Shown: positions 41,737 to 52,239 of the stretch, piece by piece
How positions within the stretch are numbered: the first letter of the stretch is position 1
Layout: each line of letters begins with the position of its first letter
Origin: Oscillospiraceae bacterium
Lineage (GTDB): Bacteria > Bacillota > Clostridia > Oscillospirales > UBA929
Assembly (NCBI GenBank): GCA_009782385.1
Contig: WRJE01000004.1
Span: 1,549-65,548, forward strand
DNA: 64,000 bases
Direction of reading: 5' to 3'
Translations under genes and position numbers: made by a program
The notes under the pieces: model-generated
Database searches by the model: none
The model's input: the letters and a program-made list of their open reading frames with translations, nothing else
Told to the model about the DNA's origin: nothing

Positions 41737-42147
41737 TTATAAAAACTCCCTGAGTTGTTCGGTCAGCTTGTCCTCAGAAATACCGACCGAAACGACAAAG
41801 TTAATTCCGTGCGACTTTCCGAACTGTTTCATCCAGACAAAGAATTTTTCCAAATCGCCTATGTCGTCCATCTTGGCTACTTTGTGAAGACTGTCAATGA
41901 AAATGTGGGTAATATCGAAGTTTCCGACATACAGTCCCGTTATAACGCCGCGCATTACCTGAAAACCTTGGATGTCAAACTCCGAAGAGTCGATAAGACG
42001 CACCGCGTTAATGATGTCGTAGCGCAGTTTGTTCCCGCGTTCGATACAGACGACCTGCCCGTTGTCCTCTCTGGCTGTTTTGTTTACCATCTCGATAATA
42101 TTTTTCGTTTTCCCTGTGCCGGCAAGTCCGGCAAATAATTTTACCAT
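41737..42147 (-). CDS. Minimal (136-aa) P-loop NTPase, uncharacterised
   Basis: Walker A GLAGTGKT at residues 7-14. Walker B-like THIFIDS. Abuts the maf start. Confidence 0.5.
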   Translation of the reverse strand: MVKLFAGLAGTGKTKNIIEMVNKTAREDNGQVVCIERGNKLRYDIINAVRLIDSSEFDIQGFQVMRGVITGLYVGNFDITHIFIDSLHKVAKMDDIGDLEKFFVWMKQFGKSHGINFVVSVGISEDKLTEQLREFL

Positions 42148-42153
42148 TTTTAT

Positions 42154-43485
42154 CTACCCCAATCTCTTTAGTAATTCTTCTCTCTTTTCTTCATACCCTT
42201 TTTTGCCCAACAGCGCAAACATATTGACTTTGTACGCCTCAACGCCCGGCTGGTCGAACGGGTTTACACCGAGAGTATAGCCCGAAACGCCGCAGGCAAA
42301 CTCAAAGAAGTAAACAAGCTGACCGAGCGTGCGTTCATCGGGCGCGGCGCAGGAAATTTCTATGTTCGGCACGCCGCCGTCCATATGCGCCAGCATCGTT
42401 CCCTTGAACGCCTGTGTGTTGATTGAGTGTAAGCCCTGTCCGGCGAGAAAATTAAGCCCGTCTCCGTCTTCCGCCTGTGACGGGATGGTTATATCCCTCA
42501 TGGGGCGGTCAAAGGTTACGATAGTCTCCATCAGTTTCCTCTCGCCGTCTTGCAGATACTGCCCCATTGAGTGCAAATCCGCCGTAAGCTCAACGCTCGC
42601 GGGGAATATGCCCTTGCGGTCTTTACCCTCGCTCTCGCCGTAGAGCTGTTTCCACCACTCGCTCATAAACCGAAAGCCCGGCTCGTAGCATCCTAAAACT
42701 TCGATACAATAACCCTTGCGGTACAGCGCGTTACGCGCCGCCGCGTATATCCACGCGGGATTGCTTGCGCCCTCTTTATAGCATACGTCCATCGCTTCTT
42801 CCGCGCCCGCGAACATCATATCGACATCCAGTCCGGCAACGGCGCACGGCAGCAATCCAACGGCTGTCAGAACAGAGTAGCGTCCCCCGATATTATCAGG
42901 CACGGCAAAGGTTTCGTATCCCTGCGCGGTTGCTACTTGTTTAAGTACGCCGCGCGAACGGTCGGTCGTGGCGTATATGCGCCGTGCCGCGCCCGCCGCG
43001 CCGTAACGCTTTTCAATTTCATCCCTGAACAGGCGGAACGCGATAGCCGGTTCAGTAGTCGTTCCCGATTTCGATATGACATTTATCGAAAAGTCGCGGT
43101 CTTTAATCAACTCGAAAATACTGTGTATATAGTCGGGGCTGAGATTGTTCCCGACAAACAGCACGTCCGGGGTCGTCTTTTTTTGCTGATTGTAAAAGGG
43201 CGATTTGATAAACTCAACAGCCGCCCGCGCCCCCAGATATGAGCCGCCGATACCGATGACGAGAAGCACCTCTGAATCCTTGCGTATCCGTGCCGCCGCC
43301 GCTTTTATACGCTCAAGCTCATCGCGGTCATAATCGCGGGGCAGTGTTGTCCATCCAAGGAAATCCTTGCCCGGCCCCGTACCGTTTACAAGTGTTTGAT
43401 GCGCCTTTTCAACATCGGAAAAGACGGCGTTCAGCTCACTTTCCGAAACGAAAGATTTAGTTATTTCGTGGGTGACCTTTATCAT
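42154..43485 (-). CDS. pgi: Glucose-6-phosphate isomerase
   Basis: FLGWTTLP, VIGIGGSYLGARA and GGRYSVLTAVGLLP are typical of the firmicute-type PGI (~445 aa). Confidence 0.95.
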   Translation of the reverse strand: MIKVTHEITKSFVSESELNAVFSDVEKAHQTLVNGTGPGKDFLGWTTLPRDYDRDELERIKAAAARIRKDSEVLLVIGIGGSYLGARAAVEFIKSPFYNQQKKTTPDVLFVGNNLSPDYIHSIFELIKDRDFSINVISKSGTTTEPAIAFRLFRDEIEKRYGAAGAARRIYATTDRSRGVLKQVATAQGYETFAVPDNIGGRYSVLTAVGLLPCAVAGLDVDMMFAGAEEAMDVCYKEGASNPAWIYAAARNALYRKGYCIEVLGCYEPGFRFMSEWWKQLYGESEGKDRKGIFPASVELTADLHSMGQYLQDGERKLMETIVTFDRPMRDITIPSQAEDGDGLNFLAGQGLHSINTQAFKGTMLAHMDGGVPNIEISCAAPDERTLGQLVYFFEFACGVSGYTLGVNPFDQPGVEAYKVNMFALLGKKGYEEKREELLKRLG

Positions 43486-44239
43486 AGAATAGCTCCCTTC
43501 TGCGTTGTTCTCTTTGCTGTTTAAGCGCGTATTTAATCAAATCATCCTTGTCCACCGAATTAGTAAAATGGAACATTGCGCCGATGTAGTATGGATACGG
43601 TATGTCGGGGTCGTTATTTCTGCGTACCCAGTTTATCTGAGCGGTCAGCTTTTTATCAAGCCCGAAAATTTCACTGGGCATTAACAGCTGTATCATATCA
43701 CCGATTTCCGGTCTTTCTCCGGTAAGCATCGCAACGCCGCCCGCCGAAAGATTGTTTATGAGGCAGTCATGTGCAACATACTCTTCCGAGTTTTTTATCT
43801 GCACCTCAAATGATGTCTCGATATTTACATCCACCCTAAAATCCGAACGCCGCTGAAAACGTGTAAAGTAACCGCCGAATCTCATTTCAAGGAAGTCGAG
43901 CTTGTCTTTTGCGACACGTTCGCCCGCAAACGCTTTTGTCTCGTAATACGCGCCGCTGCCCTTCTCCATAAACTCGATTTTTACTTCATCATCGAATGCC
44001 AGCGGATATAATAAAGTCCCACGCATGGGGGCGGAAATAAGAAAATTTTCATCATCGATAACGCTCTCGAACACGCTTCGCAGTATAATCGTTTTATCTT
44101 CTTCGGCCTTTAGTTTAACTATGACCGCCAAGGGTGTGCCTGTCGGCAACTCAATTTCCGACAGATTTTTTTGATGTGTAAGGATAGATTCGCTTGCCTT
44201 GCGGTCACGTTTATTATTTGGCTTACTGAAGTTTGCCAA
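43457..44239 (-). CDS. PilZ-domain c-di-GMP receptor with a YcgR-like N-domain
   Basis: RRSDFRV ... NLSAGGVAM (RxxxR and D/NxSxxG motifs). Confidence 0.8.
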   Translation of the reverse strand: MANFSKPNNKRDRKASESILTHQKNLSEIELPTGTPLAVIVKLKAEEDKTIILRSVFESVIDDENFLISAPMRGTLLYPLAFDDEVKIEFMEKGSGAYYETKAFAGERVAKDKLDFLEMRFGGYFTRFQRRSDFRVDVNIETSFEVQIKNSEEYVAHDCLINNLSAGGVAMLTGERPEIGDMIQLLMPSEIFGLDKKLTAQINWVRRNNDPDIPYPYYIGAMFHFTNSVDKDDLIKYALKQQREQRRRELFYDKGHPRNN

Positions 44240-44250
44240 ATAAATCCCTC

Positions 44251-44649
44251 CTATTTCGGATTAACTATATCGCGCCATCCGAGATCGCCGCGGCTAAGAC
44301 CGTGTATCAATACCTCCGCGGTCGCCACATTCGTAGCAATCGGCACGTTATGAATGTCGCACAGCCGTATAAGTGATATGTCGGGTTCGTGGGGAGCGGC
44401 GGTCAGCGGGTCTCTGAAAAGCAATACCAAATCAATTTCGTTATAGGCGATACGCGCCCCGATTTGCTGGTCGCCTCCCTGAGAACCCGACAGGAATCTC
44501 TTTATATTCAATCCCGTTGCTTCGGCAATCAGTCGTCCGGTCGTTCCGGTCGCGCAAAGATTGTGTTTAGACAGGATACCGCAGTAAGCAATGCAGAACT
44601 GCACTAAAAGCTCTTTCTTTTTATCATGGGCAATCAAAGCGATATACAT
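44251..44649 (-). CDS. mgsA: Methylglyoxal synthase
   Basis: [10 protein letters not shown]...[10 protein letters not shown]...[12 protein letters not shown]...[15 protein letters not shown]. Confidence 0.9.
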   Translation of the reverse strand: MYIALIAHDKKKELLVQFCIAYCGILSKHNLCATGTTGRLIAEATGLNIKRFLSGSQGGDQQIGARIAYNEIDLVLLFRDPLTAAPHEPDISLIRLCDIHNVPIATNVATAEVLIHGLSRGDLGWRDIVNPK

Positions 44650-44667
44650 ACACACAACCCTCCCCGG

Positions 44668-45438
44668 TTACTCAATTCCGGACAAAAACGCGCGTTTTGC
44701 CTTGCTTGTGACTTTCATGTCACTCTGCGGCACACGTTCGCCCAACAGTCTTAACGCTATATCCCGATACGCCTCAGCAGCACCGTCCTGCGACAGCAAG
44801 ACAAGCGGCACACCTTTATTGGTGGCTGCGATAACCCTTTCATCCTCGGGAACAACACCCAAAAGAGGGATACCCGTAGCGTCCATAATATCATCGACAT
44901 AGAGTGCGCCGCGAAACGCGACAAGTCTTGGTCGCACGCGGTTAACCACAAGAAAGGCGCGTTGGTTCAGTAATTCGGATACCCGCGCCGCATCGCGCAT
45001 ACTTACAACATCAGGTGTGACGACCACAACGACCAACTCCGCGATTTCCGCAATCGCAAGATGTCTTTCGCCAAGTCCCGCAGAGCCGTCTATCCATATG
45101 AAGTCGAATTTTTCCTTGTATTTGCCGATTAAAACGCCGAATTTTTCAATATCCATTTCATCTTCGGAGCTTGGCGCGGCAATAATGGAGAGGTTGGGTA
45201 TGTCGGGGTGAACAATCGGCGCGTCTTCCCACGCGACATTGTCCGACAGCGCGTCCCCGAGGTGCATGACGGCTTTATCGGAGACACCCATTATGATGTC
45301 AACGTTTCTAAGGCCGCAGTCCGTGTCAATCAGCAGAGTTTTATGACCCAGTATGCCAAGGCATGAAGCGACACCCGAGCCGACCGTGGTTTTTCCCGTG
45401 CCGCCCTTTCCGGATATCGAAAAAATGACCTGACCCAA
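44668..45438 (-). CDS. MinD/ParA-family P-loop ATPase (no minC or minE adjacent)
   Basis: Deviant Walker A SGKGGTGKTT, LLIDTDCGLRNVDIIMG, and a basic/amphipathic C-terminus. Confidence 0.8.
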   Translation of the reverse strand: MGQVIFSISGKGGTGKTTVGSGVASCLGILGHKTLLIDTDCGLRNVDIIMGVSDKAVMHLGDALSDNVAWEDAPIVHPDIPNLSIIAAPSSEDEMDIEKFGVLIGKYKEKFDFIWIDGSAGLGERHLAIAEIAELVVVVVTPDVVSMRDAARVSELLNQRAFLVVNRVRPRLVAFRGALYVDDIMDATGIPLLGVVPEDERVIAATNKGVPLVLLSQDGAAEAYRDIALRLLGERVPQSDMKVTSKAKRAFLSGIE

Positions 45439-45448
45439 GACTACACCT

Positions 45449-46612
45449 CTATGATTTCAACACTCTGACTTTAATTATTCCCTCCACGGACATAAGTGAT
45501 TCAAGCAGTTTATTGTCTATTTCGGTTGATACGTCCAAAATGGTATAGGCATATTCTTTCAAAGATTTGTTCAGCATATTATCTATGTTGATACCCGCGT
45601 CACCTACCATAGACGATATGCTTGACAGCATTGAGGGTATATTTCTGTGAATCACGCACAGGCGGTACGGCGTTGTTCTCGCCAGCTCGACATCGGGATA
45701 GTTGACGGAGTTTTTAATATTGCCGAACACCAGATAGTTGGACATTTCTTGAACCGCCATTACGGCGCAGTTGTCCTCGCTCTCGGGTGTGGACGCTCCC
45801 AAGTGAGGGATGGGTACGACTTTCGGATGCTTGTTAACGCGCCCGTTGGGGAAGTCGGTGACATAGCACGACACGCGACCGCTGTCCAGAGCCGATATCA
45901 TGTCGTCATCGTTAACCAGTTCGGCGCGGGCAAAGTTGATAATGCGTACACCCGGCTTCATCAGCGATAACGCCACGGAGTTTATCATGTGCTTCGTATA
46001 GGTGTTAAGCGGAGCGTGAATGCTCAGGTAATCACATTCCGCCAGCAGTTTGTTAAAGTCGTGATAGCGGCTGACACTGCGCGAAAGTCCCCACGCCGCG
46101 TCAACCGAGATGTACGGGTCGAAGCCAAGGACATTCATACCCAAGTGGTGCGCCGCGTTGGCAACGCCAACGCCGATTGCGCCAAGCCCGACAACGCCCA
46201 AGGTTTTACCCATGATTTCGGGTCCGGCAAACGCCGACTTGCCCTTTTCGATTTGCTTGGCGACATCATCGCCCTCAAGTCCCGATGCCCATTTAATACC
46301 CGCCGTTATATTGCGTGACGCTAAAAACAACGCGCAAACCGCAAGCTCGCGGACGGCGTTGGCGTTCGCGCCCGGTGTGTTAAACACGACAATACCCTTT
46401 TCGGCGCAAGCATCGAGCGGAATGTTATTAACGCCCGCGCCCGCGCGGGAAACCGCCAACAGGTTATCGGGCAGTTCCATGCTGTGCATATCGGCGGAAC
46501 GCAGGAGGATACCCTCGGGGTTCTGCTCATTGTCATTAAGCGTGAACTGCGCGGGGTCGAGTAAATCCAGTCCTATAGGAGCGATTTTATTCAAGCTGCG
46601 TATAGTATACAT
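45449..46612 (-). CDS. serA: D-3-phosphoglycerate dehydrogenase with a C-terminal ACT domain
   Basis: 2-hydroxyacid dehydrogenase NAD fold GVVGLGAIGVGVA, catalytic HLGAST, and an ACT-like tail. Downstream of serC (the pspC-like gene lies between). Confidence 0.85.
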   Translation of the reverse strand: MYTIRSLNKIAPIGLDLLDPAQFTLNDNEQNPEGILLRSADMHSMELPDNLLAVSRAGAGVNNIPLDACAEKGIVVFNTPGANANAVRELAVCALFLASRNITAGIKWASGLEGDDVAKQIEKGKSAFAGPEIMGKTLGVVGLGAIGVGVANAAHHLGMNVLGFDPYISVDAAWGLSRSVSRYHDFNKLLAECDYLSIHAPLNTYTKHMINSVALSLMKPGVRIINFARAELVNDDDMISALDSGRVSCYVTDFPNGRVNKHPKVVPIPHLGASTPESEDNCAVMAVQEMSNYLVFGNIKNSVNYPDVELARTTPYRLCVIHRNIPSMLSSISSMVGDAGINIDNMLNKSLKEYAYTILDVSTEIDNKLLESLMSVEGIIKVRVLKS

Positions 46613-46637
46613 CTTCAGTCCGTCCTTTTATTATTGT

Positions 46638-46823
46638 TTATATTTGGTCTTGATAGGGCAGTATCAGCGCGGCGACAAAGTACGCAAACAACCCCACACC
46701 TGCAAATGCCGAAATCGCCCACACCAAGCGGATAATAGTTGGGTCAATATCCAAAAACTCGCCTATACCGCCGCAAACGCCGCAAATCTTGCCGTTGCGT
46801 ATCTTATAAATTCTCTTATTCAT
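46638..46823 (-). CDS. PspC-domain membrane protein
   Basis: KICGVCGGIGEFLDIDPTIIRLVWAI followed by a TM helix. Confidence 0.75.
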   Translation of the reverse strand: MNKRIYKIRNGKICGVCGGIGEFLDIDPTIIRLVWAISAFAGVGLFAYFVAALILPYQDQI

Positions 46824-46838
46824 TTTTCTATTCTCCTT

Positions 46839-47924
46839 TTATTTCCCGTATTCAAACTCAAATTCTTTCATAAAGTCACAGAGTGTTTTTATACCCTCAA
46901 CGGGCATCGCGTTATAAATACTGGCGCGTATGCCGCCTGTCGCGCGGTGACCCGCGAGCGAAACCAGTCCGCGCTTTGCCGCCTGAGTGACAAACTCTTT
47001 GTCCAGTTCAACGTTGCCCAAGTTGAACGTGACGTTCATCATCGAGCGAGAATCCGTTGCGACACTGGCGCGGTAAAGGTTGGAGTCATCAATCAGAGAG
47101 TAAAGCATATCGGCTTTCCTGCGGTTATACTTCTGCATTGCCGCAAGACCGCCCTGCTTCTCCACCCAGTCGAGAACCAGACTTAACAGGTAAATGCCGT
47201 ATGTCGCCGGGGTATTTATCATCGAGTCGTTCTGCGTCTGCGCCGCGTAATCCATTACAGACGGAGTTAACGGCATTGCGTTTCCTGTCAAATCACGGCG
47301 GATTATTACCACGGTTAATCCCGCGGGACCCATATTCTTCTGCGCCCCCGCGTAGATGATACCGAACTTAGACACGTCAACGGGTTCGGAGAGTATGGAC
47401 GAGGACATATCGCAAACGAGCGGCACTTTGCCCGTGTCAGGAGTATACGGCCAGCGCGTTCCGAAAACGGTATTGTTGTGGCAATAGTGGAAATATGCCG
47501 CGTCGGTGTCAACGCTGTACGCCGACTGGAGCGGTATTATGGTATAATCGCTGTCCTTTGTGGACAGGGCAATGCGCGCGCCGCCGTATTTTTTGCCCTC
47601 AACATATGCTTTGTTGGAAAAGAATCCCGTTACGGCGTAGTCCGCGCTTTTGTGACTGCCCATGAGGTTCATGGGTATTGAAGCGAACTGGAGTGTCGCT
47701 CCGCCCTGTAAAAACAACGCTTTATGCGTATCCGGGATACCCATTACGCGGCAGAGCTTCGCTTCGGCCTCCTCGTATACTTTCAAATAATCTTTCGAGC
47801 GGTGGCTCATTTCCATAACGGACATTCCGGTATTGTTGTAATTTTCCAGTTCCGCGGCGGCACGCCTAAGCACTTCTAAAGGAAGCATTGACGGACCCGG
47901 CGAAAAGTTAAACACTCTTTGCAT
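46839..47924 (-). CDS. serC: Phosphoserine aminotransferase
   Basis: FNFSPGPSMLP...MEMSHRS...GAQKNMGPAGLTVVI...GGIRASIYNAMP. Confidence 0.95.
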   Translation of the reverse strand: MQRVFNFSPGPSMLPLEVLRRAAAELENYNNTGMSVMEMSHRSKDYLKVYEEAEAKLCRVMGIPDTHKALFLQGGATLQFASIPMNLMGSHKSADYAVTGFFSNKAYVEGKKYGGARIALSTKDSDYTIIPLQSAYSVDTDAAYFHYCHNNTVFGTRWPYTPDTGKVPLVCDMSSSILSEPVDVSKFGIIYAGAQKNMGPAGLTVVIIRRDLTGNAMPLTPSVMDYAAQTQNDSMINTPATYGIYLLSLVLDWVEKQGGLAAMQKYNRRKADMLYSLIDDSNLYRASVATDSRSMMNVTFNLGNVELDKEFVTQAAKRGLVSLAGHRATGGIRASIYNAMPVEGIKTLCDFMKEFEFEYGK

Positions 47925-47995
47925 AAAATATCCCCCTCTATATTGTTATGCCTATTATACGCTATGTGTTTTATGTTGTCAATAATTTCAACGGT

Positions 47996-49750
47996 TTAAT
48001 ACTTCCCGTACTCTCCGCCGCCCTCATTATACAACGTATTTTCCGGCATTGTGAACTGTTTTTTGTGTCCCGCGCCTAAACCGCTTCCCGTTGCGCCTTT
48101 CAGCTTGAACTGCGCGATAAGCTCCTCGAGTATCGAAGACTGTCCGCTCATTTCTTTTGAGGCGGCCGCGCTTTCTTCGGCTGTCGCGCTGTTCTGCTGA
48201 ACAACGTTCGCTACTTGGTCAATGCCTTGGTTAATCTGAGAGATACCCGCCGATTGTTCCTCGGACGACTGAGCTATCTCACTGACTATCTGGCTGCTCT
48301 CGTTAATTCCGCTGACGATTTCGGCAAGACTTGCGGCGGTCTCGTCCGCGATACGCGAACCCAGTTCCGCCTTCTCCATTGAGTTCTCTATCATTTCTCC
48401 TGTTTCTCTCGCCGCGTCCGCACTCTTGCTCGCGAGATTGCGGACTTCTTCCGCAACGACCGCAAAGCCTTTGCCGTGCTGTCCCGCTCTTGCCGCCTCA
48501 ACGGCGGCGTTTAGGGCGAGGATATTCGTCTGGAACGCTATATCGTCTATGACCTTTATAACCTTTTTGATGTTTTGGCTCGCCGTGTTGATGTCCTTGA
48601 CGGCGGCTGTCATTTCACCCATCTGGCGGCTGCCCTTTTCGGCGTTGCCCTTAATGGTGTTGGCGAGCAACGCGGCTTTATCGGCCTTTTCGGCGTTCTC
48701 TTTTGTCTTTTGCGCGATTTCGGAGATAGATAAGGACAGCTTCTCAACCGATGCGGTCTGTTCGGTCGAACCGCGAGCAAGTGCCTGCGACCCGTCCGCT
48801 ATCTGTTTCGCGCCTGTGGAAACGTGATTGGAGGAAGCGTTTATATCCCTAAACATATTGTTGAAGCTGTCAGTCATGTTATTAAGGGATTTTCCCATTG
48901 CGTCGGCATCCGAGAGCAGCTCAACATCCGTGGTTAGATCGCCTTCCGCAATGGATTCCAGTTCTCCGGCGATACGCGCAACGTGCCGGATAAACGCCGA
49001 AGCACCGCCAACCAAGTCCCCGATTTCGTTCTTGATGCCGGAGAGCCTTTGGATGAACGCGGATTCCTCCGCTCCGATGTTGATGTCCCCCGTAGTACCG
49101 GCTTTTTTCATAAATGTGGAAACCAGTGTTAGCGGCTTAATGATACCCGCCGGAATGAACCATGAGAAGAAAATGCCAACAATCAGAGCCACGACAACGA
49201 ACGCAATGATAACGATTGTCACCGAAGCACCGTCGGCGACAATTTCCGATGTTTTCGCGTCTATCAGCACAGCGTAGCGATCATCCATCTGTACCAGAAT
49301 CGAAATGACCTTTTCCGTTTCCGGCAGAATAGTATTCATGGCGTGCGCCAATGCCATTTCCCTGTCATCGTTTTGTAAATACACGTTAATTGCCTTTGCC
49401 TCGTTGTGTATAAAGTGGTGGGGCTGGTGAATGCTGTCAATCAGCATAAGCACTTCAGAATCGGTTATCTGTCCTTCTTCACTACTGAGCCACTTGCCTA
49501 AGGCACAGGTGTCAGGGTCAACCGACCCTGTAAAATCCTCACCGGACACCGACGACATTATAAGTCCGTGCCTCCATGTGTAATGGGCTTGCAGCACAGT
49601 GGCAATTCCTGCCGCCTCCACCTCTAAATCATGCAATTCGTTGGACATTCGCGTTAAGTCGAATATAGACAGTATCCCCACGATGCCGACAATCAGCCCA
49701 ATCGCAATCATTATTACAAATCCGCCGCGGATTTTTGTACCGATTTTCAT
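47996..49750 (-). CDS. Methyl-accepting chemotaxis protein
   Basis: Two TM helices flanking a sensor domain, a HAMP domain, and the conserved signalling hairpin ([37 protein letters not shown]). Confidence 0.9.
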   Translation of the reverse strand: MKIGTKIRGGFVIMIAIGLIVGIVGILSIFDLTRMSNELHDLEVEAAGIATVLQAHYTWRHGLIMSSVSGEDFTGSVDPDTCALGKWLSSEEGQITDSEVLMLIDSIHQPHHFIHNEAKAINVYLQNDDREMALAHAMNTILPETEKVISILVQMDDRYAVLIDAKTSEIVADGASVTIVIIAFVVVALIVGIFFSWFIPAGIIKPLTLVSTFMKKAGTTGDINIGAEESAFIQRLSGIKNEIGDLVGGASAFIRHVARIAGELESIAEGDLTTDVELLSDADAMGKSLNNMTDSFNNMFRDINASSNHVSTGAKQIADGSQALARGSTEQTASVEKLSLSISEIAQKTKENAEKADKAALLANTIKGNAEKGSRQMGEMTAAVKDINTASQNIKKVIKVIDDIAFQTNILALNAAVEAARAGQHGKGFAVVAEEVRNLASKSADAARETGEMIENSMEKAELGSRIADETAASLAEIVSGINESSQIVSEIAQSSEEQSAGISQINQGIDQVANVVQQNSATAEESAAASKEMSGQSSILEELIAQFKLKGATGSGLGAGHKKQFTMPENTLYNEGGGEYGKY

Positions 49751-49894
49751 TTGAAAACCGCCTTTCCATTTAGATTGCTTACAGCGCAGCCGTGCCGGAG
49801 CATGACGGCACTTACTATACCATCATACCATAGTCCGTATCATTCCGCAAGATTTATATTTAATTGTCGGTCGGGTGCTAAAGAGAGGAAATAA

Positions 49895-51100
49895 TCACGC
49901 CTCCAGTTCTGTTTTCGTACTTCTGAACGCGCGTTCAGACTGGTTCAAATGTTTTCCGATTACAAGCGCGACACAGAAGAACGCCGCCATAAACGCGAGC
50001 TGTATCAGCATTGCCTGCCACACGGGTGATAACGATTCCGCGCTGAACGATGTCAGGCTGACGATGTTATCAAGCGTGACCGTATACCAATACATCGGGG
50101 TGAGCCTTGACACCTTCAGCACACCATCCCCCAGCATTTCGAGCGGAACGAACACGCCGCCCAAGAAACTGAGAGCCAACGCCAAGAAGTTGGCGGCCGC
50201 GTTCTGCGCGTTGGGGCTTGTGATAAAAACAGACGCTAATGTTGCGATTGACAGCGAGAGCAGTGTGACAATAAATGACGTGAGCAGCATCAGCGCGATA
50301 ATCCTGCCATCGGTGTCCCCGAGCAGAGAGCCGTAAAACAATAATCCCTGCAAGATTATCAAAGCCCATGCCGCGATGCTGACCAACAAACTGCAAAGTA
50401 TCTGCTGAAAACTCTGCGAACGCGGCTTCATCGGCGAACATAAGTTACGCATACGCACATCGGGGCGGCGGAACGCCTTTGTTATATTGCTTACGCTGAC
50501 TATAATCAGCACTAAAATAATATAGCTCACCATACGCATATATACATGAACCTGACCGTTTATCGGCGCGCTCGCGCCGAATCGCTTCATTTCGACTTGC
50601 GCCTCCGCCATTAAGTCACTCAAAACCAGATTCACAAGAGCTTTTTCATCTTCTACTGTCTCTTTATACAGCCGCGCGAGGTTAAAATATTGATTAACAA
50701 GCCTGTCCGCGTAGTAGCCTTTTGCGGATTCGACCGTTAAGACGGTTTCGATTACAGCGTCACCGCCGTTGAAAAATGTTTCATTAAACCCCTTGGGCAG
50801 GATAATTATAAAGTCTGTCGCCTGATAAAAAGCCGCGTCTTGCAGGGCGCGTTTATCGTCCTCGAGCTCTACCGCAACGCCGTGTCTGTTAAGATATTCT
50901 GTCAAGCCGACTGATAACGGGGAATCAACATCGCGGTTTATAACGGTAAAATTAGGTTTAACTGAGCTGATATCAAAGTTGGTTTCATCGATATAAACCC
51001 GTGACATTACCAACTGTAAAGCCAGAAATACCGCAAAATATAATAAAAACGAGCCGGCGTGCCGTTTTATTATGGTTACACACGTACTAAATACTTTCAT
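49895..51100 (-). CDS. ABC-2 family transporter permease
   Basis: N-terminal TM, a large extracytoplasmic loop, and a C-terminal 5-TM bundle. Overlaps the upstream permease gene. Confidence 0.75.
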   Translation of the reverse strand: MKVFSTCVTIIKRHAGSFLLYFAVFLALQLVMSRVYIDETNFDISSVKPNFTVINRDVDSPLSVGLTEYLNRHGVAVELEDDKRALQDAAFYQATDFIIILPKGFNETFFNGGDAVIETVLTVESAKGYYADRLVNQYFNLARLYKETVEDEKALVNLVLSDLMAEAQVEMKRFGASAPINGQVHVYMRMVSYIILVLIIVSVSNITKAFRRPDVRMRNLCSPMKPRSQSFQQILCSLLVSIAAWALIILQGLLFYGSLLGDTDGRIIALMLLTSFIVTLLSLSIATLASVFITSPNAQNAAANFLALALSFLGGVFVPLEMLGDGVLKVSRLTPMYWYTVTLDNIVSLTSFSAESLSPVWQAMLIQLAFMAAFFCVALVIGKHLNQSERAFRSTKTELEA

Positions 51101-52223
51101 AACGCTGCCTCCCGATAAAAAATGATGTAATTACAAGCAATACAACCGTCATTGCCGAAATAATTCCTATATTCAAGAAAAATCGTTCGTAATTGTCATA
51201 ATAGTAAAGACAATAGAACGCATCGACTATTCTCGATGCCGGATTCAGCCACGCGGCTATCGGCACGTTTTGCATTACTATATAATTCATATTGCCAATC
51301 ATAAGCCCGGAGAGAAAAACGCAAATCATATTAACGGTAATAAGAATCGCCGTCTTCGCCTGTTCCTTTATTTTCGGGTTGACGCTTACCATCGCGCCGA
51401 ACGCCACGCCCAGAACACTGCCGACAAAGCAAGTCAGAAGCACCATTCCGAGCTTTGAGCCAAAATCTATACCCAACACAAAGATGATATACGCCACACA
51501 GAATAACAGCGAGAGATAATGAACCGTCATACCGCCGAGTAAGTCATATGTCACCATGCGGAAACGCCCGACCGGGGACATTGTACGCCGCGCCCCAAGC
51601 GCGGATATGTTGGCTTGCAGATATGACACGGATACCAGACCCTGAAAGCAGCCGTACATACAAATCATCGCCAGCATTGAGTAAAAATAACCGATTTTAG
51701 CCGAGACAGGATTGTCGGAGAGTGAGATTTTCTCTGTGTAGTTCACGCGGCTAAGTAATTCCTCAAGATTTCCCAACTGTGACAAATCCCGCGTTATAAC
51801 CGCTTCAACGCTGTTTTTTGTTTGAAGGTAGCTGTCGAGAAAGCTCTTGGCTATCGTCTGGTTCAAGCCGTCACTTTTTACAATAAGGCTCAATGCACCT
51901 CCCGCGATGATATATCCGTCTATTTCGCCGCTCTCCAACGCGGCATCCGCCCCGTTAACATCGGGAAAATATCGCAAATCAAACAGCCTGTCTTCTCCGG
52001 TTGAGACCGATTCCAACGCGGAAACAAAGGATGCGTCCTGCCTGTACTGCTCGTTATCCACAACGCCCATGGGTATTACTTTCAGCATACCCGCCGCGTC
52101 AAGTCCGGCAAAAGCGAAATAGAACAGTGTAGCCAGCATAATGGGGAAAATCCATGTCCATATCATTGTTTCCTTGTCGCGTATGCCTGCAATTACGCGC
52201 TTGCCGTAAATATTCCAAAACAT
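51087..52223 (-). CDS. ABC-2 family transporter permease
   Basis: Same architecture as the neighbouring permease. Follows the ATPase gene. Confidence 0.75.
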   Translation of the reverse strand: MFWNIYGKRVIAGIRDKETMIWTWIFPIMLATLFYFAFAGLDAAGMLKVIPMGVVDNEQYRQDASFVSALESVSTGEDRLFDLRYFPDVNGADAALESGEIDGYIIAGGALSLIVKSDGLNQTIAKSFLDSYLQTKNSVEAVITRDLSQLGNLEELLSRVNYTEKISLSDNPVSAKIGYFYSMLAMICMYGCFQGLVSVSYLQANISALGARRTMSPVGRFRMVTYDLLGGMTVHYLSLLFCVAYIIFVLGIDFGSKLGMVLLTCFVGSVLGVAFGAMVSVNPKIKEQAKTAILITVNMICVFLSGLMIGNMNYIVMQNVPIAAWLNPASRIVDAFYCLYYYDNYERFFLNIGIISAMTVVLLVITSFFIGRQRYESI

Positions 52224-52239
52224 ATAAAACTCACCTCTC

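Noticed and set aside
44668-45438. Calling the MinD-like gene part of a complete Min system.
   Set aside because: No MinC- or MinE-like ORFs flank it, so only the family assignment is reported.
46110-47186. A 358-aa plus-strand ORF, and many other long ORFs antisense to annotated genes (for example 7634-8104, 8111-8560, 37210-37923, 38636-39187, 28660-29208).
   Set aside because: They lie entirely opposite genes with clear family signatures. Their composition is low-complexity and Ala/Arg/Ser/Pro-rich, typical of shadow frames in GC-rich DNA. They lack RBS motifs.
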